Source: Lentisphaeraceae bacterium (lineage in GTDB: Bacteria > Verrucomicrobiota > Kiritimatiellia > RFP12 > UBA1067). From it: DNA of 64,000 nt. The notes below the pieces were generated by a model. That model saw only the letters and a list, made by a program, of their open reading frames with translations. It was not told where the DNA came from and searched no databases. The position numbers and the translations under genes are program-made. Shown here piece by piece: positions 17,790 through 26,519 of this stretch. The DNA lies in NCBI GenBank assembly GCA_004551905.1, contig SFPL01000092.1:1371-65370 (forward strand), in the 5' to 3' direction. Every line of letters begins with the position of its first letter. Position 1 is the stretch's first letter.

Positions 17790-17933
17790 ATGCGAAGGGG
17801 ACAGACCATGGTGGAGTATATTGTGACGCTGTCGGCGTTGCTGGTGGTGGCCGCGCTGTTGTGGTCGCTGTCGGGCGTGGCGGTCAGGTATTCCGCCAGA
17901 ACCTACCACCTCGTCGCCGGGGAATACCCATGA
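17790..17933 (+). CDS. Flp/Fap-type pilin
   Basis: 47 aa. MRRGQTMVEYIV fits the class III prepilin motif G/xxxxEY followed by a hydrophobic helix. ATG lies 6 nt after TGCTATAAT. Confidence 0.7.
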   Translation: MRRGQTMVEYIVTLSALLVVAALLWSLSGVAVRYSARTYHLVAGEYP

Positions 17934-17947
17934 AAGGAGCAATGCAC

Positions 17948-18166
17948 ATGACGAAGAAGACGAGAAAGGGCCAGACGATGGTCGAGTACATCATCATCAT
18001 TGCGCTTGTCGCGATCGCCGGCATCGCCGTGTGGTCGTACTTCGGGCGCGCCACCGCGAAGAAGGTGGCCGGCGCAACTGAGGCCCTCTCCAGCTCGGAG
18101 GGCGCGAGCGCCAAGAGCGCGGCCGAGTCGATCGGCGAGGACTCGATCAAAAAGCTCGGGGAATAA
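17948..18166 (+). CDS. Flp/Fap-type pilin
   Basis: MTKKTRKGQTMVEYIIIIALVAIAGIAVW. aaaggag SD 8 nt upstream. Alternative ATGs at 17930 and 17942. Confidence 0.7.
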   Translation: MTKKTRKGQTMVEYIIIIALVAIAGIAVWSYFGRATAKKVAGATEALSSSEGASAKSAAESIGEDSIKKLGE

Positions 18167-18167
18167 G

Positions 18168-18635
18168 GTGGCGCGTCACGGGCAGGCCATGCTCGAGGCG
18201 CTGCTCGCCGTCTGCCTCGTAACCTCCGCGTTCCTCGCGCTGTTCACACTGTCGCAGATGCTGACGGGGAAGATTCTCCTCCAGCACGCGGCGATGCGGG
18301 CGGCGCGGGCGCGCGCGGTTGGTTTCAACGACTTCATGTGCCGCAAGTCGGCGCGCGTCGCGGTGATTCCGATCTCCGGCCGTCGCCTTTGGCCGGTGGG
18401 CGACGACGAGTTCGGCTGGGCCGAGGAGGACGCGCGCGTGCGCGACTACCTCTGCGCGCCCGACGGCGCCCGCGCTCGCGCCATCCTCGAATACGAGAAG
18501 TGGGGCGCGCTCGGCGTGAAGCCTGGCGACGGTACCAAGGCCACCACCTCGATGAAGACCGACTGGTTCGACCTCGTCGGCGAGGCCGGCATCGAGCCAC
18601 ACGCCACGCTCTACATGAGGAACTTCGGGCTGTGA
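18168..18635 (+). CDS. TadE-like pseudopilin
   Basis: GTG start 1 nt after the upstream stop. ARHGQAMLEALLAVCLV prepilin-like N-terminus. Confidence 0.6.
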   Translation: MARHGQAMLEALLAVCLVTSAFLALFTLSQMLTGKILLQHAAMRAARARAVGFNDFMCRKSARVAVIPISGRRLWPVGDDEFGWAEEDARVRDYLCAPDGARARAILEYEKWGALGVKPGDGTKATTSMKTDWFDLVGEAGIEPHATLYMRNFGL

Positions 18636-20020
18636 AGGGGAGACGGGGACAGGTCGCGGTCTATCTCGCGCTCGCGCTCCTGGCGATCGTGGTGCTGACG
18701 CTCATGAACGTTGGCGCGTATCTCGCCGTCTCCGCCAAGAACCGCACCATGAACGCCGGCGACGCGGCGGCCATAGCCGTCGCGAAGCACCAGGGGGAGC
18801 TGCTGAACCGCATCGGCCAGTGGAACGTCGAGCGGCTCAAGGCGGCGCTCGCCGGCGACGCGGCGAAGTGCGCCGAGCTCTTCGCGGCGCAGCTGCGCTG
18901 CTCGTTCCTCGAGCCGCTCGAAGGCATCCGCATCGGCAGTGAGGCGGCGGCGAATAACGGCGTCGAGATCGACGACCGCATGGGCGAGATCCTCTCGCGC
19001 CACGTGAACGACGTGCGGATGTACTACCTGACCGATCCCACTCTCTACCCCGAGCCGTGGTCTGGCGCGTGGGAGGAGTATGCCGAGCGGCTCGAGCTCG
19101 CCGCCGCAGCGGGCGTGCGCGCCGGTCCCGACAACGCCGAGTTCATGAATGCCGCCCGCGACCACTATCTGCTCGACAAGGGCTTCTACGAGGCGGTGCT
19201 GGGGCGCAACTGGTGCTGGTTCAAGTTCAACGCGCCCGGTCTCATCTACTCCTACTCCGGCTTCGAGGGCTGGGCGCCGCTGCCGATGGACGACGAGGAG
19301 ACGCGGCGGATGAAGTGCGTCAACTCTGAGATCTACTCGCTTCATCTTCAGGTGCGGCAGGGCAGCGCCCTGGAGCTCCTCGGCACCAACCTCATCGCGC
19401 GCTTGACCGGCGCCACGGTCGAGGAGATCGCCGCCGCGCCGCTGCTGAGGAACCGCGAGGATCGCTGGTTCTTCTACGACGACTCGCACTGGCGCGTCTG
19501 GCGCGAGTTCGACCCCGAAGGCGAATTTGCCTTTCCGGCCTACGGCAAGGTGCTGCCGGAATACGACGTGCGCGGATGCGCCGCCATCTGCCGCGTGACC
19601 CGGAAGATCCCCGACCTCGTCTCGGACGGCGCCGGACGTACCAGCGTATGGTCCGCCGGCGCCAAGCCGTTCGGCGCGGTCACGGACGAGCGCGGCGACC
19701 GCGCTGTCGCCACCGCGCTCGCCCGCTTCGTGACACCGGTCTTCGACGAGGCGAGGCTGGTGCCGATCGACACCGTGGGCGGGATGGACCTCTCCACCGC
19801 CGATCCGGAGTGGATGGAGCACGTGCGCGACCATCTGCCGAACTACCTGGCGAAGGGGCCGTCGGTGTTCGGGGACTGTCCCTACTGCCAGGCGCTTTCG
19901 CTCTGGGAGCGGAAGTCGATCCGCGAATCAGGGCAGATCTGGCTTAAATACCACTCCGACGACTGCGTACGTCCGGCACCTGGAGGTCCGGGCAGGGGAG
20001 GGACCGCGCATGGCCACTGA
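18632..20020 (+). CDS. TadG-like pilus assembly protein (large pseudopilin-like)
   Basis: GTGA overlap with the upstream gene. N-terminus KGRRGQVAVYLALALLAIVVLTLMNVG resembles the TadE/G-like N-terminal region. 462 aa. Confidence 0.55.
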   Translation: MKGRRGQVAVYLALALLAIVVLTLMNVGAYLAVSAKNRTMNAGDAAAIAVAKHQGELLNRIGQWNVERLKAALAGDAAKCAELFAAQLRCSFLEPLEGIRIGSEAAANNGVEIDDRMGEILSRHVNDVRMYYLTDPTLYPEPWSGAWEEYAERLELAAAAGVRAGPDNAEFMNAARDHYLLDKGFYEAVLGRNWCWFKFNAPGLIYSYSGFEGWAPLPMDDEETRRMKCVNSEIYSLHLQVRQGSALELLGTNLIARLTGATVEEIAAAPLLRNREDRWFFYDDSHWRVWREFDPEGEFAFPAYGKVLPEYDVRGCAAICRVTRKIPDLVSDGAGRTSVWSAGAKPFGAVTDERGDRAVATALARFVTPVFDEARLVPIDTVGGMDLSTADPEWMEHVRDHLPNYLAKGPSVFGDCPYCQALSLWERKSIRESGQIWLKYHSDDCVRPAPGGPGRGGTAHGH

Positions 20021-20294
20021 GCGTGAAAGGGCGCAGTGCCGGGGACAGGCGCTGATGGAGCTAGCGGTCGGGATGTTCGCCTTCGCGCTCGTCGTCACCG
20101 CGCTCTGCGGGTTCGCGGTCTACATCGCGAAGTCGCTCAAGATGCAGAACTCGCTCCGCACCGGTGCCTCGACGCAGACGGCGTCGGTGGAGTTCACCAC
20201 CTTCGGGGCGAAGTACGTGTTCGGGGTGGAACGGCTGACGATAAGGGAGTCGGTGTCCATGCCGGGTAAGGCTATCGTCAACAGGGGAGAGTGA
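20010..20294 (+). CDS. TadE-like small pseudopilin
   Basis: QCRGQALMELAVGMFAFALVV N-terminus. Overlaps the upstream gene by 11 nt. Confidence 0.55.
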   Translation: MATERERAQCRGQALMELAVGMFAFALVVTALCGFAVYIAKSLKMQNSLRTGASTQTASVEFTTFGAKYVFGVERLTIRESVSMPGKAIVNRGE

Positions 20295-20295
20295 G

Positions 20296-21345
20296 ATGAA
20301 GGCATGGGACGAGATCGCGGCGCGGCGGTCCGAACTGGAGCGCAGGGCGGAAGAGATGGGGCTGGACGCGGTCGTCATCGCCGCACCCGCGAACGTCAAG
20401 GCGTTCTGCGGCGTCGACTGCGACAGCGCGGTGCTGGAGCTCCGCGAACGGCGCGGCGGCGGCTGGGACGCTGCGCTCTACACCGACTTCCGCTACGCGC
20501 CGATGGTGCACCGGCTCTTTCCGCGGCTGGAGACGAAGGACATCGCGCGGTTCCGTCCCCGCGGCAGTCGCCTTGGCTACGAGGGCTCGGTTGCGCACAG
20601 CCGGTTCCTCAAATGGGAGCAGAGGTCTCCGGACGGGGAATTCGTCGACTTCTCGGAGGCGATCGCCGAGACGCGCGCGGTGAAGACGTCGGACGAGATC
20701 ACGCGCATCCGCGCGGCGGAAAAGCTTGCGTGCGAAATCTGGCGCGACGCCTCCGCGCGCTTCCGCGCCGGAATGACAGAGCGCGAGATGGCGCGGACGA
20801 TCCAGCGGATGATGGTCGAGCGTGGCGACGGCGAGGCCTTCGAGACCATCGTCTGCATCGGCGCCAACGCGGCGGAATGCCACCACGTTCCCGACGACAC
20901 GGTGTGGAACGGACGCGAAAGTGTGCTCGTGGACATGGGCGTGAGGCTGGGCGGGGTCGCCTCGGACCTCACGCGCAACCTCTTTCCGCGGCCGTCGCGG
21001 CTGTACCGCCAGGTGTATGACCTGGTGCTCGAGGCGAACCTCGCGGCGATCGCCGCGGCAAAGCCGGGGGTCGCTGGGCGCGAGCTTGACCGCATCGCGC
21101 GGAAGGTGCTCGAGCGCGGCGGATTCGGCCGTGCGTTCGGGCATTCGCTCGGGCACGGCGTCGGCTACGAGATCCACGAGGCGCCGTACGCGTCCAAGAA
21201 GTCGAAGTCGGTGCTCAAGCCCGGGATGACGGTGACGATCGAGCCCGGGGTGTATCTGGAGGGAAACCTCGGTGTTCGCATCGAGGACCTGGTGCTCATC
21301 ACAGAAACCGGCTGCGAGGTGCTTTCCTCCTACGCCGACAAGTGA
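20296..21345 (+). CDS. M24-family Xaa-Pro aminopeptidase
   Basis: HSLGHGVGYEIHEAP and GVRIEDLVLIT metal-ligand motifs. Starts 1 nt after the upstream stop. Confidence 0.85.
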   Translation: MKAWDEIAARRSELERRAEEMGLDAVVIAAPANVKAFCGVDCDSAVLELRERRGGGWDAALYTDFRYAPMVHRLFPRLETKDIARFRPRGSRLGYEGSVAHSRFLKWEQRSPDGEFVDFSEAIAETRAVKTSDEITRIRAAEKLACEIWRDASARFRAGMTEREMARTIQRMMVERGDGEAFETIVCIGANAAECHHVPDDTVWNGRESVLVDMGVRLGGVASDLTRNLFPRPSRLYRQVYDLVLEANLAAIAAAKPGVAGRELDRIARKVLERGGFGRAFGHSLGHGVGYEIHEAPYASKKSKSVLKPGMTVTIEPGVYLEGNLGVRIEDLVLITETGCEVLSSYADK

Positions 21346-21351
21346 AAGATA

Positions 21352-21360
21352 TGGTATAAT
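21352..21360 (+). promoter_or_regulatory. Extended -10 promoter (TGGTATAAT) of gltX
   Basis: 7 nt before ATG 21368. No SD. Confidence 0.55.
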
Positions 21361-21367
21361 ACCGTTT

Positions 21368-22741
21368 ATGTCAGAAATCAGAGTCAGATTCGCCCCGTCG
21401 CCGACGGGAAAGGTGCATATCGGCAACATCCGCGCCGCCATCTACAACTGGCTTTTCGCGCGCCACACGGGCGGGAAGTTCCTGCTGCGCGTAGAGGACA
21501 CCGACCTTGAGCGGTCGACGCCCGAGGCAATCCAGGTCCTCTTCGACTGCATGAAGTGGCTTGGCCTCGACTGGGACGAGGAGGTCTTCTACCAGACGAA
21601 GAACGTGAAGCGCCATCTCGAGGTCGTCGACCAGCTCCTCGCGAGCGGCCACGCCTACAAGGTGGAGCGGACCTCGCGCGAAGGCAAGACCGGCGTCGTC
21701 ACCATGTTCAGGATGCCCAAGGAGGGGACGATCGAGTTCGACGACATCGTCAAGGGCCACATGGCGAAGAAGGCGGAGGACATCCAGGACTTCGCGATCG
21801 TCCGCTCCGACGGCTCGCCGATCTTCCACATCGCCAACGTGGTGGACGACATCGACCAGCGCGTCACCCACATCATCCGCGGCGATGACCACGTCGAGAA
21901 CACCTTCAAGCACATCTGCATCTTCCGCGCGCTCGGCGCCGAGGTGCCGCGGTACGCCCACCTCTCGATGATCGTCAACCAGCAGGGGAAGCCCTACTCC
22001 AAGCGCGACGGCGCGGCGTTCGTGGGCGAGTACCGCGAGCAGGGGTATCTGCCCGAGGCGCTCTTCAACTACCTGCTGCTCCTGGGCTGGAACCCCGGCG
22101 ACGACCGCGAGGTGCTGACGCGCGCGGAGATGGTGAAGCTCTTCGAGCTCGAGAAGGTGCATGTCACCGCAGCGATGTTCGACCCCAAGAAGCTCGCCTG
22201 GATGAACGGCGAGTACATCAAGAAGATACCGGCGACGGAGTTCCGCGACATGCTCGTGCGCTCGTCGGCGTCCGAAGGCTCCTCCTCAGGGTCCCTCGGC
22301 GAATACGCCGTATCCCTTCGCCCGGACCTTCGCGACGCCTCCGAGCGGATCGCCTGGTGGGACTATCTCGCCGCGCAGATACAGGTGAGGACAAAGTTCC
22401 TCGCGGGGCTGGGTGATTCGATACGCTGCTTTGTCTCGGACGATTTCCCGTTCGACGAGAAGGCGGTCGAGAAGCGGCTCAGGAAGCCAGGCGTGAAGGC
22501 GCTGCTCCTCGACCTCGCGGATCGCTTCGAGAAGGTTGCCGACTGGTCGGCGCCGGCGCTGGAGGCGGTGGTGAAGGAACTGTCGCAGGGCAACGGCATG
22601 GGCCCGTGGGTGCATCCGATCCGCGTTGCGGTCTCAGGCCGCGGCGAGGGAATCGGCCTCTTTGAGATGCTCCAGCTTCTTGGCCGCGAAACTGCCCTCG
22701 CTCGCCTCCGCACGGCAGCCGACACCCTGGCGATGGAGTGA
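21368..22741 (+). CDS. gltX: Glutamyl-tRNA synthetase
   Basis: RVRFAPSPTGKVHIGNIR (HIGH) and a KPYSKR (KMSKS-like) motif. ATG lies 7 nt after TGGTATAAT. Confidence 0.9.
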   Translation: MSEIRVRFAPSPTGKVHIGNIRAAIYNWLFARHTGGKFLLRVEDTDLERSTPEAIQVLFDCMKWLGLDWDEEVFYQTKNVKRHLEVVDQLLASGHAYKVERTSREGKTGVVTMFRMPKEGTIEFDDIVKGHMAKKAEDIQDFAIVRSDGSPIFHIANVVDDIDQRVTHIIRGDDHVENTFKHICIFRALGAEVPRYAHLSMIVNQQGKPYSKRDGAAFVGEYREQGYLPEALFNYLLLLGWNPGDDREVLTRAEMVKLFELEKVHVTAAMFDPKKLAWMNGEYIKKIPATEFRDMLVRSSASEGSSSGSLGEYAVSLRPDLRDASERIAWWDYLAAQIQVRTKFLAGLGDSIRCFVSDDFPFDEKAVEKRLRKPGVKALLLDLADRFEKVADWSAPALEAVVKELSQGNGMGPWVHPIRVAVSGRGEGIGLFEMLQLLGRETALARLRTAADTLAME

Positions 22742-22742
22742 A

Positions 22743-22889
22743 GTGAAGACTTCGTCTACAAGGAGGTGCGCCTTTGCGGGCGCGGTGGCGTTGGCGCTGA
22801 TTGCGGGAACCGCCGCGGCGGCGAAGGGGAGCGCGGCGAAGAAGATATTCGTCCTCTGGGACCAGTGGCTGCAGTTGCCGGAGAACTGA
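22743..22889 (+). CDS. Possible small secreted/membrane peptide (48 aa)
   Basis: GTG 1 nt after the gltX stop. Hydrophobic CAFAGAVALALIAGTAAAA segment. Third codon positions are mostly G/C, as in the surrounding genes. No homology recognised. Confidence 0.3.
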   Translation: MKTSSTRRCAFAGAVALALIAGTAAAAKGSAAKKIFVLWDQWLQLPEN

Positions 22890-22900
22890 GAAGGGGAAAC

Positions 22901-23416
22901 ATGAAGATTGCGTTCATGAGCGATGTTCACGGCGTGCCGTCGGCGCTGGCCACGGCGCTTTCTGCGGCGGATTCGCTTGGATTCGACCGGCTGGTGCTGC
23001 TCGGCGACCTCCTCTACCACGGGCCGCGCAACGGGGTGCCGAACTTCTACGACCCGGTCGAGGTGGCGAAGATGCTCAACGTGCGCAAGGACAGGATCGT
23101 CGCCGTGCGCGGCAACTGCGACGCCGAGGTCGACCAGATGATGCTCGAGTTCCCGATGATGTCCGACTACGCCGTTCTCGAGGCCGGGAGCGAGACCTTC
23201 TTCCTCACCCACGGCCACCTCTGGAACGAGAACCGCCTGCCGCCGCTCGGGATGGGGACGGTCCTCGCCCACGGCCACACCCACGTCCCCGAGCTGAAGC
23301 GGCTTGGCTGCGGCGTCACGATCTTCAACCCCGGCTCGGTCTCGCTGCCGAAGGGCGGCTCAGCGCGCTCCTTCGGCTACTTCGACGGCGAGCGTCTTAC
23401 CCATGTGACCATCTGA
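22901..23416 (+). CDS. yfcE: YfcE-type metallophosphodiesterase (MJ0936 family)
   Basis: MKIAFMSDVHG...LGDLLYHGPRN...VRGNCD...THGH...GHTH...NPGSVSLPKGG is collinear with E. coli YfcE. Confidence 0.85.
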   Translation: MKIAFMSDVHGVPSALATALSAADSLGFDRLVLLGDLLYHGPRNGVPNFYDPVEVAKMLNVRKDRIVAVRGNCDAEVDQMMLEFPMMSDYAVLEAGSETFFLTHGHLWNENRLPPLGMGTVLAHGHTHVPELKRLGCGVTIFNPGSVSLPKGGSARSFGYFDGERLTHVTI

Positions 23417-23422
23417 ACGCTA

Positions 23423-23803
23423 ATGAAAATTCCCCTCAACCTCTCCGGCGCGGCGATTGCCGTTGGCATGCTCATGGCGAGCAACGTATTCATGACCTTC
23501 GCCTGGTACTGGCACCTCAAGCTGCAGAAGCCCGGAGAGTCGAGCTGGCCGATGATCGCCATCATCCTCACCAGCTGGCTCATCGCGCTCGGCGAGTACA
23601 TCATCCTCATCCCCGCCAACCGGATCGGCAGCGCCGCGGGGCTCAACGTCGCGCAGCTGAAGATCATCCAGGAGGTGATAACGGTCTGCGTGTTCGTGCC
23701 GTTCATGCTGCTCTTCATGGGCGAGCGCTGGCGGTGGGACTACCTCTGGGCGTTCCTGTGCATGGTGGGCGCGGTGTACTTCGTCAACCGCGCCCGTCTG
23801 TGA
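23423..23803 (+). CDS. Small DMT-superfamily membrane protein (DUF486-like)
   Basis: 126 aa, four hydrophobic segments. NVFMTFAWYWHLK motif. Confidence 0.6.
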   Translation: MKIPLNLSGAAIAVGMLMASNVFMTFAWYWHLKLQKPGESSWPMIAIILTSWLIALGEYIILIPANRIGSAAGLNVAQLKIIQEVITVCVFVPFMLLFMGERWRWDYLWAFLCMVGAVYFVNRARL

Positions 23804-23849
23804 GGCACGGCGCGAAAGGCGGGCCGGCTCTGCACGGCACGGCGATTTG

Positions 23850-23858
23850 TGGTATAAT
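23850..23858 (+). promoter_or_regulatory. Extended -10 promoter (TGGTATAAT) of prs
   Basis: 20-nt leader with aaaggag SD before ATG 23879. Confidence 0.5.
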
Positions 23859-23878
23859 ACAGCATCAAAAGGAGATAT

Positions 23879-24844
23879 ATGCAGTTGAACGAAGATTTCA
23901 TGGTGTTTTCCGGGACGGCCAACCTGCCGCTCGCGGAGAAGGTGGCCAACTACCTCGGGCGTCCGCTCGACAAGATTGACATCAAGCACTTCCCCGACGG
24001 CGAGACCTTCTGCCAGGTCGTCGACTCGGTGCGCGGGCGCGACGTGTTCGTGATCCAGTCCGGCTCGCCGGCGCCGAACGAGGCGTACATGGAGTTGTTC
24101 ATCATCATGGACGCGCTGAAGCGCGGCTCCGCGGCGCGCATCACCGCGATCCTCCCGTACTACGGCTATGCCCGCCAGGACCGCAAGGACCAGCCGCGCG
24201 TCCCGATCACCGCGCGCCTCATCGCCAACCTCCTCCAGAAGGCCGGCGCCGACCGCGTAATCGCAATGGACCTGCACGCGAACCAGATCCAGGGCTTCTT
24301 CGACATCCCGCTCGACCACCTCAAGGCCGAGCCGGTGATCCTCAAGTACATCCGCGACCAGCACTGGGCGAGCCCCATCGTTGTCGCGCCCGACACGGGC
24401 GGGGCGAAGACGGCGTACGGCTACAGCCGCAAGCTCAAGTGCGGGCTCGCCATCGTCGCCAAGCAGCGCACCGGCGGCGACACGGTCGACGCGTTCTCGG
24501 TCGTCGGCGACGTGATGGGCCATGACGTCATCATGATCGACGACATGACCGCGACCGGTGGCACACTCTCCGCCGCGGCGAAGATGTGCCGCGACAACGG
24601 CGCGAAGTCCGTGCACGCGTTCGTCTCGCACTTTCCGCTCACCGAGAAGGGCGTGGAGCGGCTGATGAAGGAGGTGCAGCTCGACGAGCTCGTCGTCACA
24701 GACTCGATCCCGCTTAGGGCCGGCTTCGACCAGTCGAAGCTGCCGTTCAAGCTGACGCAGCTTTCCGTCGCCCCGCTCATCGGCGAGGCGATCCGCCGGA
24801 CCCACCTGAACGAGTCGATCAACGACCTCTTCAACCACGAATAG
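23879..24844 (+). CDS. prs: Ribose-phosphate pyrophosphokinase
   Basis: YYGYARQDRK, VVAPDTGG and MIDDMTATGGTL motifs. aaaggag SD. Confidence 0.9.
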   Translation: MQLNEDFMVFSGTANLPLAEKVANYLGRPLDKIDIKHFPDGETFCQVVDSVRGRDVFVIQSGSPAPNEAYMELFIIMDALKRGSAARITAILPYYGYARQDRKDQPRVPITARLIANLLQKAGADRVIAMDLHANQIQGFFDIPLDHLKAEPVILKYIRDQHWASPIVVAPDTGGAKTAYGYSRKLKCGLAIVAKQRTGGDTVDAFSVVGDVMGHDVIMIDDMTATGGTLSAAAKMCRDNGAKSVHAFVSHFPLTEKGVERLMKEVQLDELVVTDSIPLRAGFDQSKLPFKLTQLSVAPLIGEAIRRTHLNESINDLFNHE

Positions 24845-24854
24845 GGCTTTTGCC

Positions 24855-26519
24855 ATGACGATCAGAGGACTGCTGGAGAAGAACGCTGCGGAGCGTCCCG
24901 AGAGGAACGCCCTTGTCTGGTGCGAGGACAAGGTGTGGTGCCGCCGCTCCTGGCGCGAGCACCTCGCGCGGGTGCGCGACATCGCCGAGGGCTACGGCAC
25001 TCGCTTCAACCTGAAGCCGCGCGTGGAGAACGCGGCGATCATCCTCGGCAACTCGCCGGTCTGGCTCGAGTCCTACCTCGCCCAGTCCGGCGCCGGCGTC
25101 TCCGTCGTCCCGCTCGACCCTAAGCTCCACGACGCCGAGGTCGAGTACATCCTCGCCGACTCCGAGGCGGTCGTGGTGACGACCGACGTCCACCACCTCA
25201 AGATGATGATGGGCTTGGCGCCGCGGCTGCCGAAGCTTCGCGGCATCGTCTGCGTCGACGGCATCATCAACGAGGGCCAGTCGATCGGCAACGCGAAGGT
25301 GGTCGGCTTCGAGAAGCTGCGCATCTCCGGCGGCGGCGCGTGGTACGACGCCAACGTCGCGAAGGAGGAGGACGTCGCCTCCATCATCTACACCTCGGGC
25401 ACCACCGGCAAGCCCAAGGGCGCGATGCTCACCCACTCCAACTTCTACAGCGACATCGACGGCGCCTTCCGTACCTTCGGCGCCGACCTCGGCGAGAACG
25501 ACGCGTTCCTCACCGTGCTGCCGCTCTTCCACGCCTTCAGCTTCACCGCCAACTTCCTCGGGCCGATGTACATCGGCTGCGAGATGCAGTTCGTGGAGTC
25601 GCTCCGCACCGTCGGCCGCGACATGCAGCTTCTGAAGCCGTCCGTACTCTGCGCGGTGCCGCTTCTCTGCGAGAAGCTCTACGACAAGATTCAGGACGGC
25701 CTCAAGAGCTCCAAGGTCGCACGCGCGCTGCTCGCCATCGGTCTGCGCGGCCCGGTGATGCACATGGTGCTGAAGAAGCTCGGCGGTCGGCTCCGGTTCA
25801 TGATTACCGGCGGCGCGCCGTGTCCGATCCACGTGCTGGACTGCTTCCGGAAGCTGCACGTGAACTTCGTCGAGGGCTATGGCCTCACCGAATGCGCGCC
25901 GATCGTGTCCGTGACCGGCTCGAACTGCACACGGGTGGGGACGATTGGCAAGCCCTGCGCCGGCGTGGAGGTGCGTCTCGCGAACAAGAACGAGAACGGC
26001 GTGGGCGAGCTGCAGGTGAAGGGCCCGATCGTGATGAAGGGGTATTTCCACAACGAAAAGGCCACCAAGGAGGCGTTCGACGGCGAGTGGTTCGCCACCG
26101 GCGACCTTGCCTCGATCGATGACGACGGGCTCATCACCATCCGCGGCCGCAAGAAGGCGCTGATCGTCAACCGCGAGGGCAAGAACATCTATCCCGAGGA
26201 GGTCGAGAACGTCGTCGGCAAGGACCCGGCGGTGCAGGACATCGTCGTCGTCGGCTACACCCAGGGCGGCGACCCCGGCGAGAAGGTTGGGGCTATCGTC
26301 TATCCGAACGAGGAGTGGTTCAAGGCGCAGAACGGCGGCGTGCTGCCGGACTGGGCGGCGGTCGAGGAGACAACCCGCAAGCGGGCGCAGGAGAAGAGCG
26401 CCGAGCTTGCCGACTACAAGCGCATCCGCAAGGTGCAGGTCGTCAGGGAGCCTCTTATGCGCACCTCGATCGGCAAGGTGAAGCGTGTCGTATACAAGGG
26501 CGCACTCGACGAAAAGTAG
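24855..26519 (+). CDS. AMP-dependent acyl-CoA synthetase (long-chain fatty acid-CoA ligase-like)
   Basis: IIYTSGTTGKPKGAMLTH, GYGLTEC and TGDL...GRKK motifs. Confidence 0.85.
   Translation: MTIRGLLEKNAAERPERNALVWCEDKVWCRRSWREHLARVRDIAEGYGTRFNLKPRVENAAIILGNSPVWLESYLAQSGAGVSVVPLDPKLHDAEVEYILADSEAVVVTTDVHHLKMMMGLAPRLPKLRGIVCVDGIINEGQSIGNAKVVGFEKLRISGGGAWYDANVAKEEDVASIIYTSGTTGKPKGAMLTHSNFYSDIDGAFRTFGADLGENDAFLTVLPLFHAFSFTANFLGPMYIGCEMQFVESLRTVGRDMQLLKPSVLCAVPLLCEKLYDKIQDGLKSSKVARALLAIGLRGPVMHMVLKKLGGRLRFMITGGAPCPIHVLDCFRKLHVNFVEGYGLTECAPIVSVTGSNCTRVGTIGKPCAGVEVRLANKNENGVGELQVKGPIVMKGYFHNEKATKEAFDGEWFATGDLASIDDDGLITIRGRKKALIVNREGKNIYPEEVENVVGKDPAVQDIVVVGYTQGGDPGEKVGAIVYPNEEWFKAQNGGVLPDWAAVEETTRKRAQEKSAELADYKRIRKVQVVREPLMRTSIGKVKRVVYKGALDEK

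Noticed and set aside
23420-24982. 520-aa minus-strand ORF
   Set aside because: It lies opposite the DMT-like gene and prs, and its composition is typical of out-of-frame high-GC translation.
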